A DNA stretch of 64,000 bases from Acidobacteriota bacterium (lineage in GTDB: Bacteria > Acidobacteriota > UBA4820 > DSQY01), in NCBI GenBank assembly GCA_049967655.1, contig JBMFSH010000004.1:57193-121192 (forward strand), in the 5' to 3' direction. A program made the translations under genes and the position numbers. Below are positions 16,118-27,222 of this stretch, one piece after another. Below the pieces are notes generated by a model. The model was not told the DNA's origin. It worked only from the letters and a program-made list of their open reading frames with translations, and made no database searches. Every line of letters starts with the position of its first letter. Within the stretch, counting starts at the first letter, position 1.

Positions 16118-18946
16118 TCAGAAGCTCACTTTGACGCCCACCCGAGCGTACCGCGGTGCCTGGCGGGCCGTGGTTTTGCCCCAGTTGGGATCGGGGGTGA
16201 GGTTGCCGGAGAGGACGTCGGAGACGTAATTGGGAGTGATGTAAGCCGTCGAATAGTAGCCCGTTTGCCACTGGTTGTTGGTGAGGTTGAAGATATCGGC
16301 AAAGAGGGCAAATTCCGTGCTCCACACTTTGAAGTCGTACTCGGCGTGTACGTCCAGGGTCCAGGTGCTGGGCATCCTGGTGGCCGAAGTCCGGGGCTGC
16401 ATCATGAGCGTGCCGTAGCCGTACTGCTCCAGCTGGGGATAGGCCATGAGCTTGTACATGGGCCGGCCGGACTGGAAGTTGAAGTTGGCGCCGAGTATCA
16501 GCCCGAAGTCGAACCGGTAGGCACCCTGGACTTTGATCACGTGAGGTCGGTCGCCAGCCAGAGGGCCGTACTGGTTTCTCCACAGCAGGCTTGACGGCAC
16601 GTCGTAAAGCGGCGTCACGTTGGTGTTGCCGCCGGGCGAGTTGTAGCCGTAGACGTCGTTATCGTAGTTGCCGTAGAGCTCGGAGTAGGTGTAGCTGGCG
16701 TTCATCCACCAGCGGTTGGCGAACCGTCGGTTCAGGGTGAGCGTGAGGGCGTCGTAGTGACGGATGGGCCGCGGCGGCTTGGCGTACGTGGAGCCGAGGG
16801 CCGCCTGCCACGTCTGCTCCAGGGACGGCCAGTAACTGGTGCCGGGATTCATCAGGATGTACCCATACCCGCCGTTCGGAAGGATGTAGCCCACGTCTTC
16901 CAGGATCCGGCCCACGTCCCTGTAGGTGTAACGGACGTCGAAGGTCAGGTCGGGCTTGAGTTCATAGGAGTTGCCGACGATGAACTCGTTCGTATACTGC
17001 GGAGCCAGCCCGGGCTCAACGAGGTCGGCGAGATTGCCCGAAAGGTTGGTGTAGTCGTGTTTGGTGCCGTAGTGGCTGTAGCGTGCCACGTAGGAGCCGT
17101 GGCCCGGGTCAAGGGCCGAGGTGAAGGCGCCGGGCGGGCGGTCGTAGTACTGGCCGAAGAAGGCGTAGAACTTGGACTTACCGTTCTTCGCCCAGTCCCA
17201 CGCGATGTGGATGCGGGGGGACCAGGAATCGAGGCTGAGGGTCTGGCCCGCGCCCGGCACCATTTCGTTCTTCTCGTAGCGCACGCCGGCCTTGATGTTG
17301 AAGAAGTCCGTCACGCTCCAGCTGTCCTGAATAAACCCGGCGTAGTAGCGGGTGCGCTCGTCGGTGCGGGGGTTCTGACTCCAGACGTACCACTGGTAGT
17401 AGTAGTCATTGATGTTCGGGGAGGCAGGGTTGGCGCTGTGCAGGTTGTAGAGAACCTCGACGAATTGGCCTCCACTGTAGTCCTGGAAGGTGATGGAGCG
17501 GGCCCATTCGCCTTCGCCGCCGAATTTGATCTCGTGTTTGCCGACGAGCCAGGTGACCTTGATCTGGGCTTGCCGCGTGGTCCGGTCGTTCATACTGAAC
17601 GTGCTCTGGCTGCCGCGGCTCAGGTAGAGGCCCGTGTTGTAATCGAAGCTCTCCACCGTGCGGTAGGCCAGGTCGGAGGTATCCCAGGGCTGGACCTGCA
17701 GGCTCTTGTCGTTATAACCGAGGGTTGTCTCCATGAAGATCTTGGGGGTCCAGGTGGCGTACCAGCGCAGCACCGTGTTGTAGCCCCCTTGGTAGCGGCG
17801 GTTCATGCGCGACTCATCGTAGAGGGCCGGCGTATAGGGTCCCTCCGAGTCCCACATGCGGGCCGGATCGGCGAAGATCGCCAGCTCGAGGTTGTGTTTG
17901 TCGTTGACCCGGTAGTTGAACTTGGTCGCCCAGGTCCAGGTTCGGCGGTAGTCGTCGTACTTGTAAGGGACGGAGATCTGGGAACCGACGTCCGGCCGGT
18001 AGCCGTTCACATTGGTGGCGATCTGCACGCCCTCGTAGTGGACGCTGTTGACCACCGGGTTATAACCCACGAAGAACCAGAACCGGTCCTTCACGATGGG
18101 GCCGCCCACGTCGAAGCCGTAGTCGTAGCGGTGGAAAGGTGTCGGTTTGGTCACCGCGAGGTCCGTGGAGTGGGCGTTGGCGCTCATGGAGTCATTCGTG
18201 TAGTACCCGAAGATCTCCCCGTGGAATTCGTTGGTACCGCTCTTGGTGAGGACGTTGAAGAGCCCGCCGCTCGTGCCGCTGTACTCCGCGCTGAGGCCGC
18301 CCGTGTCGATTTCCATCTCGCGGACGAAGTTGAAGTTGAGGTTGCTCCCGAAGGTTCCCGTGACCGGGTCGGTGGTATTGAGGCCGTTGACCACCCACTG
18401 GTTCGAGGTGCTGTTCCCGCCGGCCACGGCGGGGTTCCCGCCGGCGCCCGAGGGCATGACTTGAGGCGCGAGCAAGAGCGCGTCCTGGTAGGATCGCCCC
18501 ACGGGGATAGTGCTCAATTCCTGTTGAGTGATCTGAGTGGAAACCTTGCCCTCTTTCAGGGTGATCGAAGGCGCTTGCGCCGTGACCTGGATCTCCGTGC
18601 CCCCGGCGGCCAGGGTGATCTGCATCGTGGTGGTGGAGCCCAGGTTTACGGTGATGTTGGATTGAATGACCTTGTTGAATCCTTCGGCCTCGGCCTTGAC
18701 CCGGTAGTCGTTGGCCGGGGGAAGATAGGGAATGACGAAGTCCCCATTTACATCGGTGGCCGTACCACGTTCCCCTTGTAGGTAATTCGAGGTGACGGTG
18801 ACGGTGGCGCCCGGTATGGGTTGCCCCTTCTCGTCCTGCACCTTCCCCGACAATGAGCCCGTGGTGGCGCCCTGGCCCCACACCGTGCTCGTCAGTAGCA
18901 CGGCTGAAAGGGCCAGAACCATCGTTAACCCACTCCTCCAGTTCAT
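16118..18946 (-). CDS. TonB-dependent receptor-like outer membrane protein (Oar type), paralog 2
   Basis: ATG 18946 with AAGGAGG RBS; signal peptide; GKVQDEKGQPIPGATV; SAEYSG...LTKSGTNEFHG; C-terminal Phe. About 942 aa. Confidence 0.9.
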   Translation of the reverse strand: MNWRSGLTMVLALSAVLLTSTVWGQGATTGSLSGKVQDEKGQPIPGATVTVTSNYLQGERGTATDVNGDFVIPYLPPANDYRVKAEAEGFNKVIQSNITVNLGSTTTMQITLAAGGTEIQVTAQAPSITLKEGKVSTQITQQELSTIPVGRSYQDALLLAPQVMPSGAGGNPAVAGGNSTSNQWVVNGLNTTDPVTGTFGSNLNFNFVREMEIDTGGLSAEYSGTSGGLFNVLTKSGTNEFHGEIFGYYTNDSMSANAHSTDLAVTKPTPFHRYDYGFDVGGPIVKDRFWFFVGYNPVVNSVHYEGVQIATNVNGYRPDVGSQISVPYKYDDYRRTWTWATKFNYRVNDKHNLELAIFADPARMWDSEGPYTPALYDESRMNRRYQGGYNTVLRWYATWTPKIFMETTLGYNDKSLQVQPWDTSDLAYRTVESFDYNTGLYLSRGSQSTFSMNDRTTRQAQIKVTWLVGKHEIKFGGEGEWARSITFQDYSGGQFVEVLYNLHSANPASPNINDYYYQWYVWSQNPRTDERTRYYAGFIQDSWSVTDFFNIKAGVRYEKNEMVPGAGQTLSLDSWSPRIHIAWDWAKNGKSKFYAFFGQYYDRPPGAFTSALDPGHGSYVARYSHYGTKHDYTNLSGNLADLVEPGLAPQYTNEFIVGNSYELKPDLTFDVRYTYRDVGRILEDVGYILPNGGYGYILMNPGTSYWPSLEQTWQAALGSTYAKPPRPIRHYDALTLTLNRRFANRWWMNASYTYSELYGNYDNDVYGYNSPGGNTNVTPLYDVPSSLLWRNQYGPLAGDRPHVIKVQGAYRFDFGLILGANFNFQSGRPMYKLMAYPQLEQYGYGTLMMQPRTSATRMPSTWTLDVHAEYDFKVWSTEFALFADIFNLTNNQWQTGYYSTAYITPNYVSDVLSGNLTPDPNWGKTTARQAPRYARVGVKVSF

Positions 18947-19125
18947 CCATACCTCCTTTCCAAGAAACTCTACGGCAACCTTGGAGTCTCCCCCTTCCAC
19001 GGAGAAACCCCTACACTCCATCGATGCCAGACCGATGGGAGCCCTACCAGGATGTGATCAAGGGACCCACGGAGAATCCGTGGCCCCTCCCCAAAGCTAA
19101 TCTTCTCGGCCTCGACGGGGGCTTG

Positions 19126-20403
19126 TCAACCCCCCAACGTGCCGAGCCCCCCGCAGTAGGGCCTGAGCACCGGCGGCAGCGCCACCGACCCGTCGGCCCT
19201 CTGGTACTGCTCCAGGACGGCCACCAGGGTCCGGCCCACGGCGAGGCCCGATCCGTTCAGCGTGTGGACGAAACGGGGCCTCCCGCCCCCCTCCGGCCGG
19301 TAGCGGATGTTCGCACGCCTCGCCTGGAACTCCTCGAAATTGGAACAGGAGCTGATCTCCCGGAAGCGCCCCTGGGAGGGCAGCCAGACCTCCAGGTCGT
19401 GGGTCTTGGCCGAGGAAAAGGACATGTCCCCGGTGCAGAGCGTGACCCGGCGGTAGTGGAGGCCGAGCGCCTCCAGCACGGCCTCGGCATCCCTCGTGAG
19501 CCCCTCCAGCTCCTCGTAGGAGTGCTCCGGATGGGCGAATTTCACCAGCTCCACCTTGTGAAACTGGTGCTGGCGGATCATCCCCTTGGTGTCCTTGCCG
19601 TAGGAGCCCGCCTCCGAGCGGAAGCAGGGCGTGAAGGCGCAGTACTTCACGGGGAGCTGGGCCTCCTCCAGGATCTCGTCCCGATGCAGGTTGGTGACGG
19701 GCACCTCGGCGGTGGGGATGAGGTAGAACTCCCCGCCGTCCACCTTGAAGAGCTCCTGCTCGAACTTGGGGAGATTGCCCGTCCCTTCCAGGGCGGCGGC
19801 CTTCACGAGGTAGGGCGGAAGCACCTCGGTGTAGCCGTGCCGCGAGGTGTGCAGGTCGAGCATGAAGCTGATGAGGGCGCGCTCGAGCATGGCCCCGGCG
19901 CCCCGGTAGACCACGAACCGCGCCCCGCTGATCTTGGCCGCGCGCTCGAAGTCCAGGATACCCAGGGCCGTGCCGATCTCGTCGTGGGCCTTCGGCTCGA
20001 AATCAAGGCGCGGAGGCTCCCCCCAGACCTTCTCCACGCGGTTGGCCGATTCGTCGGGGCCGTCGGGGACGGAGGCGTGGGGGAGATTGGGGATCCGGAG
20101 CATGAGGGACCGGATCTCCGCGCCCAGGGAGGCGACCTCCTGATCCATGGCCTGGACTCGGTCTCCCACGGCCCGCATCTCGGCCTGCAGCGCCGCCGTG
20201 TCCCCGCCCCCCCGCTTGAGGGACCCTATCTGCTTGCTGACCTCGTTTTTGCGGGCCTTGAGCGCCTCGGTGGCGGCGATGGTCGTCCGCCTGCGCTCGT
20301 CCAGGCTCTGGACGCGGTCCACCTCACCCGGATCGGCGCCCTTACGGCGCAACCCGGCCTTGACCGCCTCCGGCTCCGAGCGAAGCCTGCCGATGTCCAA
20401 CAC
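19126..20403 (-). CDS. serS: Serine--tRNA ligase
   Basis: LIPTAEVP, FRSEAGSYGKDTKGMIRQHQF, EISSCSN, HTLNGSGLAVGR. Confidence 0.98.
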   Translation of the reverse strand: MLDIGRLRSEPEAVKAGLRRKGADPGEVDRVQSLDERRRTTIAATEALKARKNEVSKQIGSLKRGGGDTAALQAEMRAVGDRVQAMDQEVASLGAEIRSLMLRIPNLPHASVPDGPDESANRVEKVWGEPPRLDFEPKAHDEIGTALGILDFERAAKISGARFVVYRGAGAMLERALISFMLDLHTSRHGYTEVLPPYLVKAAALEGTGNLPKFEQELFKVDGGEFYLIPTAEVPVTNLHRDEILEEAQLPVKYCAFTPCFRSEAGSYGKDTKGMIRQHQFHKVELVKFAHPEHSYEELEGLTRDAEAVLEALGLHYRRVTLCTGDMSFSSAKTHDLEVWLPSQGRFREISSCSNFEEFQARRANIRYRPEGGGRPRFVHTLNGSGLAVGRTLVAVLEQYQRADGSVALPPVLRPYCGGLGTLGG

Positions 20404-20404
20404 G

Positions 20405-21322
20405 TCAGCGCCTCTGTCCCAACAGCTGGATGCCCTCCAGCACCGCGCGGCGCGTGCTCTCGGGGTCGGCCTTGCCGCTCCCCGCGATGTCGAAGGCCGG
20501 GCCGTGGTCCGGCGAGGTGCGCAGGAAAGGCAGGCCCAGCGTGCAGTTGACGGCGTGCCCCTGGCTCATCATCTTGGCGCCGATCATGCCCTGGTCGTGG
20601 TAGAGCGCCACGGCCACCGTATCGGGCCCGTCGGGGTGCAGGAACAGACTGTCCGCGGGGATGGGGCCCTCCACCTCGATGCCCTCGGTGAGGAGCGTCT
20701 CGATGGCCGGCTCGATGATCTCCCTCTCCTCCACGCCCAGCAGTCCGCCCTCGCCGGCGTGCGGGTTCAGGCCCGCCACCCGGAACCGGGGATGGCTGTT
20801 GAGCTGCCGGGTCCAGGCCGTGGACAGGCCCCTGATGTACTCCTCCAGCGACGTCTTGGTGATGGCCTCGGCGATCTCCCTGAAGGGCAGGTGCATAGAA
20901 AAGAGCGCCACCGGCATGGAGCCCGTCAGGAAGATCATGTAGGGTTTGGTCTGGAAGACCTGACCGAAGTATTCCGTGTGGCCGGTGAAGGGGATTCCGC
21001 ACCGCCGAATGGCCTCTTTGGAGGCCGGGCCGGTCACCAGAAGGTCCGCCTCGTTCCGCCCCATCCTGCGGCACGCCTCCTCGAGCGTGAGGAGAGTCAC
21101 CCGGCCGTTGTCGGGGTGGGGGCGCTTGTGAAAACGCAGCGTCGGAAGGTCCACGTCGTCCCACCGAACTCCCTCGGGGACGCTCTCCACCGCTCGTCGC
21201 GGACCGATCACCGTGATCTCGGCGGCAGCCTGGAGTTCGCCGCTCTGAAGAACGGACCGGAGAATTTCCGGTCCGACCCCGCCCGGATCACCAGTGGTCA
21301 TGAGGACTCTTGGAAGACTCAT
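20405..21322 (-). CDS. pdxA: 4-hydroxythreonine-4-phosphate dehydrogenase (PdxA family)
   Basis: [39 protein letters not shown] overlaps the stop of the upstream gene (ATGA). Confidence 0.92.
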   Translation of the reverse strand: MSLPRVLMTTGDPGGVGPEILRSVLQSGELQAAAEITVIGPRRAVESVPEGVRWDDVDLPTLRFHKRPHPDNGRVTLLTLEEACRRMGRNEADLLVTGPASKEAIRRCGIPFTGHTEYFGQVFQTKPYMIFLTGSMPVALFSMHLPFREIAEAITKTSLEEYIRGLSTAWTRQLNSHPRFRVAGLNPHAGEGGLLGVEEREIIEPAIETLLTEGIEVEGPIPADSLFLHPDGPDTVAVALYHDQGMIGAKMMSQGHAVNCTLGLPFLRTSPDHGPAFDIAGSGKADPESTRRAVLEGIQLLGQRR

Positions 21323-21663
21323 GCCTCGCGCTCCTTGAAGAGGTACTTGATGCTGTGCTTGTAGACGAGCAGGTTGGGTTCGTTCAGCCGGTGCACCTTG
21401 ATGCAATCCCGGTCGTACCACTCGATCCAGCCCCTCAGCTCCTCCCCGTCGGTCAGGACGATGATCATGGGGGTCTTGCTGCCCATCTGTTTCAGGTAGT
21501 AGAAGTTCTCGGCGTTGGTCTGCTCGGGCGGCACCTGTTTGCGGCGGGCGGGCACGAAGGCGCCGGAGGCCGGGGCCGGCTCCTCCTCTTTCTCCTCGCG
21601 GGGCTCCCGCCGGGCGGTCTTATAGTCACGCAGATTGGGACGGATGAGCTTGCGGTCTGGCAT
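21319..21663 (-). CDS. hfq: Hfq-like Sm-fold RNA chaperone with charged N-terminal extension
   Basis: [17 protein letters not shown] (Sm1) and LLVYKHSI (Sm2). Confidence 0.75.
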   Translation of the reverse strand: MPDRKLIRPNLRDYKTARREPREEKEEEPAPASGAFVPARRKQVPPEQTNAENFYYLKQMGSKTPMIIVLTDGEELRGWIEWYDRDCIKVHRLNEPNLLVYKHSIKYLFKEREA

Positions 21664-21681
21664 GGGAGGCTCCTTGCCGCG

Positions 21682-22350
21682 CTATTCTTCGGCAGGCGAT
21701 GGCGTGGGGCCCTTCTTGCGCGCCGGACATTCGTAGCGGAGGCAGCACATGAGCCGGCCGCATCGGCCGGAGATCTTCACGGGATTCAGGCTCAGACCCT
21801 GCTCCTTGGCCAGCCTGATCGTGATGGGATAGAACTGCTGGAGGTGGGCGGTGCAGCAGAGGGGCTGCCCGCAGTGGCCGTAGCCGCCCAGGCTCTTGGC
21901 CTCGTCGCGGACCCCCACCTGGCGCATTTCGATTCGCATCCGGTATTGGTGGGCCAGGATCCGGACCAGCTCCCGGAAATCCACGCGGTTTTCCGACGTG
22001 TAGACAAAAAGCAGGCGGCTCTCGTCGAAGAACACGTGGGCGTAGACGAGCTTCATCTCCAGGCGCAGGGTTCGGGCCTGGTCCCGGCAGAAGAGGAAGG
22101 CTTCGCGTTCGAGCTGGCGGTGGCGCTGGCGCCGTTTGATGTCCTCCTCCGTGGCCACGCGGACGAAGGGGACCACCTGCTCGCTCGTGAGGTAATCGCG
22201 AAGGAACCCCCTGGCCTCCAGCACCTCCGCGAAGGCGGCGCCCTGTTCGGTCTGAACGACGCAGGCCGAGGGCCGCAGAATGGGAGGGCCGTCCCACTGC
22301 GCATAACACGGCCTGGCTTGGTTCTCGATCTGGACCTGGTAGAGGCTCAT
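21682..22350 (-). CDS. PSP1-domain regulatory iron-sulfur protein (RicT/YaaT family)
   Basis: RVDFRELV, RIEMRQVGVRDEA, CGQPLCC, KISGRCGRLMCCLRYE; alternative GTG start at 22362. Confidence 0.9.
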   Translation of the reverse strand: MSLYQVQIENQARPCYAQWDGPPILRPSACVVQTEQGAAFAEVLEARGFLRDYLTSEQVVPFVRVATEEDIKRRQRHRQLEREAFLFCRDQARTLRLEMKLVYAHVFFDESRLLFVYTSENRVDFRELVRILAHQYRMRIEMRQVGVRDEAKSLGGYGHCGQPLCCTAHLQQFYPITIRLAKEQGLSLNPVKISGRCGRLMCCLRYECPARKKGPTPSPAEE

Positions 22351-22552
22351 GGGTGGATCCACCCCCTCCGTCTAAGGGCGTACGATAGGGCACCGGCGCT
22401 CCCAAAGTCAAGGTTGTGCGGGACCAAGCCGGGAGTTCTGGCCAGCACCCCCGGTGCCCTGCCCCTCTAGCGCCGGCCGGCCGGATGGGGGGGGGGCGAA
22501 AAGATGGGCATATCCCCCACCGCCCGTCCCGCCTTCTCCCGCGGGTTTTCCC

Positions 22553-23554
22553 CTACTCTCCTCTCTTGGCCTTGCCCCGGCGGGCGGTCGCGGGCTGCGG
22601 CGGGGGCGTTTCGAGAAAAGCCCCCATGGTCCGGAACTTCTCGTAGCGCCTGGCGAGGAGGGCCTCTCCGTCCATCGCCGCGAGCTCCTCCAACTGCTCC
22701 GCCCACAGGGCGCCCAGCCGATCGTAGACCTCCTGGGGAGCCACGTGGGCCCCGCCGAGCGGCTCCTCCACCACCCGGTCGATGAGCCCGAACTCCAGGA
22801 GATCGGGAGCGGTGAGCTTGAGAGCCGCCGCCGCGGTCTCGGCCTGAGTGGCGTCCTTCCAGAGGATCGCGGCACAGCCCTCGGGCGAGATGACGGAGTA
22901 GATCGAATGCTGGAGCATGTTGATCCGGTCGCCGATGCCGAGGGCCAGGGCGCCGCCGCTGCCCCCTTCCCCGGTCACCGTCACGAGGATGGGGACGCGG
23001 AGCCTCGACATGACCTCCAGGTTGACGGCGATGGCCTCCGCCTGGCCCCGCTCCTCGGCGTCCATGCCCGGATAGGCGCCTGGCGTGTCGATGAGCGTGA
23101 GGATGGGCAAGCGGAACCGCTCGGCCATCCGCATGATCCTCAGCGCCTTTCGATAGCCGTCGGGCCTCGGCATGCCGAAGTTCCGGTAGATCTTCTGCTT
23201 CGTGTCTCGGCCCTTCTGGTGGCCCACCACGCAGACGGGACGGCCCCGGAAGCGCCCGAACCCGGCGATGATGGCGGGATCGTCGGAGAAGCAGCGGTCT
23301 CCGTGGAGCTCCACGAAATCGGTGATGAGGGCCTGGAGGTAGTCCTGGGTGTAGGGGCGCTGCGGATGCCTAGCTATCTGCACCACCTGCCACGGGGTCA
23401 GATTGGAAAAGACCTCCTTGCGGACCTTCTCAAGCTTCTTCTGGAGGGCGGCCAGCTCCTTCTCTTTGCCGTGCCCCTCCCCGAAGAGCATCAGACTCTC
23501 GATCTGGGCTTCAAGCTCCAGGATGGGCCGTTCGAAGTCGCGGGCGTCCTTCAT
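22553..23554 (-). CDS. accA: Acetyl-CoA carboxylase carboxyltransferase subunit alpha
   Basis: [45 protein letters not shown] 23554 overlaps the dnaE stop. Confidence 0.97.
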   Translation of the reverse strand: MKDARDFERPILELEAQIESLMLFGEGHGKEKELAALQKKLEKVRKEVFSNLTPWQVVQIARHPQRPYTQDYLQALITDFVELHGDRCFSDDPAIIAGFGRFRGRPVCVVGHQKGRDTKQKIYRNFGMPRPDGYRKALRIMRMAERFRLPILTLIDTPGAYPGMDAEERGQAEAIAVNLEVMSRLRVPILVTVTGEGGSGGALALGIGDRINMLQHSIYSVISPEGCAAILWKDATQAETAAAALKLTAPDLLEFGLIDRVVEEPLGGAHVAPQEVYDRLGALWAEQLEELAAMDGEALLARRYEKFRTMGAFLETPPPQPATARRGKAKRGE

Positions 23555-26500
23555 GCTCTCCTCTCCCTGCCCTTGCCGTTCGCGGGGCGGAACAGGTACT
23601 GCACCCTTCCTCTCCCGAGGGCCGCCTCCAAATCCGCCAGCAGGCCCGCGCCCGCCGAGACCTGGCATAGGTTGCCCAGGAGGAGGCGCGTCACCGCCCG
23701 GCCCGGCTCCACCACGTCCATGTAGACGGGCAGCTTGCCCTTGTGGCGCCCCAGCAAGCCCTCCAGCTCCAAGAGCCAGTCCTCCTCGCAGAGGGTAGAG
23801 GGAACGCGCACCAGGAGCCCCACCGCCTTCGGTTCCAGCTCGGCGTCGGCCTGGTCCAAGGGTACCACGGCGGTGGCGATGACCTTTACCTTCTGCTCCT
23901 CCCGCGTGGCCCGGCCCACCACCAGGAGCGGCCGGTCCTTCACGACCCGCTCGTGGTAGGCCTGGAAGGTGTCGGAGAAGAGGAGCACCTCCGCCCTGGC
24001 CTCCAGGTCTTCGATCGTCGCCAGCCCGTACATTTCCCCCTTGCTCTTGCTTTTCCGCTGGTGCCAGGCGCTGACGACCCCTCCCACCGTGACCTCCGTG
24101 GGCTCCGAGATGGTGGAGAGCTCCGACAGGCTGTGTGAAGCGTACCGCCGCAGCACCTCCTCCTGCTCCATGAGGGGATGTCCGGAGAGGTAGAACCCAA
24201 GGCTCTCCTTCTCCCGGCTGAATTTCTCCATGTCCCGCCAAGGCTCACCCTTGACGTAGGCCTCGGCCTGGGGCGAGGCCTCCTCCTCGCCGAAGAGGCC
24301 AGCCTGCCCGCGGGCCTTGTCGGTCTGGGACCGCGCCGCGCCGGACATGGCGGCCTCGATGGAGGCGAAGAGGTCCCACCGGGGGACGTTGAAGCAGTCC
24401 ATGGCCCCCGACTGGATCAGGTTTTCCAGCACGCGCTTGTTCACGTGGAACCGGTCCACCTCCCGGCAGAACTGGAAGAGGTCCGCGAAGGAGCCCACCC
24501 GCCGCCGGGCCTCCAGGATCGCCTCCACAGAGGAGAGCCCCACGTTCTTGATGGCCGAGAGGCCGTAGCGGATCGCCTCGCCTTCGATGCTAAAGCTCTC
24601 CTCGCTCCGGTTCACGTCCGGCGGCAGGAGCCGGATCCCCATCTCCCGGCTGGAATTCATGTACTTGAGGATCTCGTCCGTGTTCTCGGCCCAGGCCGAG
24701 AGCATGGCGGCCATGAAGTGGATGGGGAAGTGGGCCTTGAGGAAGGCCGTTTGGAAGGCCACGAGGGCGTACGCCGCCGAGTGGGACTTGTTGAAGCCGT
24801 AGCGCCCGAAAGTCTCCATGTTGTCGAAGAGCTCGGAGGCTTTCCGGGGATCCACCTGGCGTTCCTTGCAGCCCGCGAGGAACAGCTCGCGCTGGTGCTG
24901 CATGGCCGCCGAGTCCTTCTTGGACATGGCCTTGCGCAGGGTGTCGGCCTGGCCCAGGGTGAAGCCCGCCAGGCGGTGCGCGATGAGCATCACCTGCTCC
25001 TGGTAGACGATCACTCCGAGGGTCTCCTTCAGGATGGGCTCCACCTCGGGCACCGGGTAGGTGACCTTGTTCCGCCCGTGGGCGCGGGCGATGTACTCGG
25101 TGATCATGCCCGCGTCGAGGGGGCCCGGACGGTAGAGGGCGTTGAGCACGATGAGGTCCTCGAAACGCTGCGGCTTCAGGCGCCTGAGGATGTCCTTCAT
25201 ACCGCCGGATTCGAACTGGAACACCCCGTCCGTGTCTCCCCGGCCGAAGAGATCGAGGGTGGCCTTGTCGTCAAGCGGGACGGCGGCGAGATCGGGCGGT
25301 TCCTGACCCGACCGGCGGATGAGCTGCAGGGCGTCGTCGAGGATCGTGAGGGTGCGCAGGCCGAGGAAGTCCATCTTGAGGAGCCCCAGGGCCTCGATCT
25401 CGTCCTTGCTGTACTGGGTGGTGATGTCCTCCTTCCCTCCGCTTCCCCGGTGCAGCGGAAGGAACTCGGTGATGGGCCTGGGGGCGATCACCACTCCGGC
25501 GGCGTGGGTCGAGGCGTGCCGCGTGAGCCCCTCCAGGCGCTCGGCGATCTGAAGCACCTCCCGAACCTCGGCGTCCGTCTCGTGGAGGCTCTTGAGCTGG
25601 GGCGACAGCTTGAGGGCTCCCTCGATGGTGACCCCGAGCTCCTCCGGCACGAGCTTGGCCACCCGGTCCACCTTGTCCAGGGGGACGGCCAGGGCCCGGC
25701 CCACGTCCCGGATGGCTAGGCGCGCCTTCATCTCTCCGAAGGTGATGATCTGGGCCACGTTCTCCCGGCCGTACTTCTCGGTGACGTACTCGATGACCTG
25801 CCCCCTGCCCCGGATGCAGAAGTCGATGTCGATATCGGGCATGGAGATGCGCTCGGGGTTGAGGAAGCGCTCGAAGAGAAGGCCGTATTTCAGGGGGTCG
25901 ATGTCCGTAATGCCCATGCAGTAGGAGACGAAAGAGCCGGCCGCGCTCCCGCGGCCCGGGCCCACCGGAATGCCCCGGTCCTTGGCGTAGCGGATGAAGT
26001 CCCAGACGATCAGGAAGTAGCCCGCCAGATCCATCTTCTGGATCAGATCCAGCTCCCGGTGCAGGCGCTCCTCGTAGTCCTCCCTGGAGTGGGCCCCCGC
26101 CCGGCCGAGAAGCCCCTGGGCCAGCCGCCGCTCGAAGCCTTCGCGGGCCACCTTCATGAAGTACGAGTTGAGGGTCTCCCCCTCCGGGACCCTGAAGACG
26201 GGGTAATGCTTGGAGCCCGTGTCGAAGACGAAGTGGCAGCGCTTGGCGATGGCGAGCGTGTTCTCCAGCGCCTGGGGCAGGTGGCCGAAGCGCTCCCACA
26301 TCTCGGCGGGGCTCTTGAGGTAGTGCTCCGGGCTGTAGGCCATCTTGCCGCTTCGCTCCCGCTCCTCCCGCGTGGTCTTGGTCTGGATGCAGAGGAGGAT
26401 GTTGTGGGCCTCGAAGTCGTCCTTCTTCAGGAAGTGCACGTCGTTGGTGGCCACCAGGGGGATGCCCGTCTCCTGGGACATCTCCACGAGCTGCCGGTTC

Positions 26501-27075
26501 ACCTCGGCCTGCTCGGGCAGCCCCTGGTCCTGCAGCTCGAGGAAGAAGTTCCCCTCCCCGAAGATCTCCCTGAACTCCAGCGCCGATCGGAGGGCCTCCT
26601 CGGGCTTGCCCCTCAGCAGGTTTTGGGGCACCTCGCCGCCCAAACAGGCGGAGAGGCAGATGAGCCCCTCGTGGTGCTCGCGCAGGAGCTCCTTGTCGAT
26701 GCGGGGCTTGTACTGGAACCCTTCGAGGAAGGCGGCCGTGGCCAGCCGGCAGAGGTTGTGGTACCCCTTTTCGTTCTCGCACAGCAGGATGAGGTGGGAA
26801 TAGGGCCGCCTGCCGCCGCCAGAGGCCATGGTGTCCTGGTCGAAGCGGGAGTTGGGCGCCAGGTAGGCCTCACAGCCGATGACCGGCCGGAGGCCGGCCT
26901 TGGAGGCCTTCTTGAAGAATTTCACGGCACCGAAGAGGTTCCCGTGGTCGGTGATGCCCAGGGCCGGCGCCTTCTGCGCCACCGCCTGCTCCACCAGGTC
27001 ATCAAGCCGGCAGGCGCCGTCGAGCAGCGAGTACTGCGTGTGCAGGTGAAGGTGCACGAACGGCCTATCGGTCAT
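23551..27075 (-). CDS. dnaE: DNA polymerase III subunit alpha
   Basis: [16 protein letters not shown] domain, [31 protein letters not shown]; about 1174 aa with no room for an intein. Confidence 0.98.
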   Translation of the reverse strand: MTDRPFVHLHLHTQYSLLDGACRLDDLVEQAVAQKAPALGITDHGNLFGAVKFFKKASKAGLRPVIGCEAYLAPNSRFDQDTMASGGGRRPYSHLILLCENEKGYHNLCRLATAAFLEGFQYKPRIDKELLREHHEGLICLSACLGGEVPQNLLRGKPEEALRSALEFREIFGEGNFFLELQDQGLPEQAEVNRQLVEMSQETGIPLVATNDVHFLKKDDFEAHNILLCIQTKTTREERERSGKMAYSPEHYLKSPAEMWERFGHLPQALENTLAIAKRCHFVFDTGSKHYPVFRVPEGETLNSYFMKVAREGFERRLAQGLLGRAGAHSREDYEERLHRELDLIQKMDLAGYFLIVWDFIRYAKDRGIPVGPGRGSAAGSFVSYCMGITDIDPLKYGLLFERFLNPERISMPDIDIDFCIRGRGQVIEYVTEKYGRENVAQIITFGEMKARLAIRDVGRALAVPLDKVDRVAKLVPEELGVTIEGALKLSPQLKSLHETDAEVREVLQIAERLEGLTRHASTHAAGVVIAPRPITEFLPLHRGSGGKEDITTQYSKDEIEALGLLKMDFLGLRTLTILDDALQLIRRSGQEPPDLAAVPLDDKATLDLFGRGDTDGVFQFESGGMKDILRRLKPQRFEDLIVLNALYRPGPLDAGMITEYIARAHGRNKVTYPVPEVEPILKETLGVIVYQEQVMLIAHRLAGFTLGQADTLRKAMSKKDSAAMQHQRELFLAGCKERQVDPRKASELFDNMETFGRYGFNKSHSAAYALVAFQTAFLKAHFPIHFMAAMLSAWAENTDEILKYMNSSREMGIRLLPPDVNRSEESFSIEGEAIRYGLSAIKNVGLSSVEAILEARRRVGSFADLFQFCREVDRFHVNKRVLENLIQSGAMDCFNVPRWDLFASIEAAMSGAARSQTDKARGQAGLFGEEEASPQAEAYVKGEPWRDMEKFSREKESLGFYLSGHPLMEQEEVLRRYASHSLSELSTISEPTEVTVGGVVSAWHQRKSKSKGEMYGLATIEDLEARAEVLLFSDTFQAYHERVVKDRPLLVVGRATREEQKVKVIATAVVPLDQADAELEPKAVGLLVRVPSTLCEEDWLLELEGLLGRHKGKLPVYMDVVEPGRAVTRLLLGNLCQVSAGAGLLADLEAALGRGRVQYLFRPANGKGRERRA

Positions 27076-27095
27076 GGCACCCCTTTCGGAGAGAG

Positions 27096-27202
27096 CCGGG
27101 GAACCAGGGAGCCAGAGAGTCAGGGATAAGGACGCGGGGAGGTCTGTGCATTCGTTTTGGGGACGAGGTTCTTCCCTGCTTCCCTGTTTCCCTGCCTCCC
27201 TG
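27096..27202. repeat. Mirrored octamer micro-repeats in the guaA-dnaE spacer
   Basis: Left ccggggaa-ccagggag-ccagagag-tcagggat; right cttccctg-cttccctg-tttccctg-cctccctg. Confidence 0.75.
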
Positions 27203-27222
27203 TGTCTGTCGCAACGAGGCAC

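Noticed and set aside
22487..22496. G10 homopolymer as a phase-variation tract
   Set aside because: Intergenic and outside the predicted promoter spacer; unremarkable in high-GC DNA.
22553..24241. 562-aa AccA with an N-terminal fusion
   Set aside because: The extension overlaps dnaE in another frame; the true start is ATG 23554.
23551..27075. Intein or split in DnaE
   Set aside because: Normal length and contiguous motifs.
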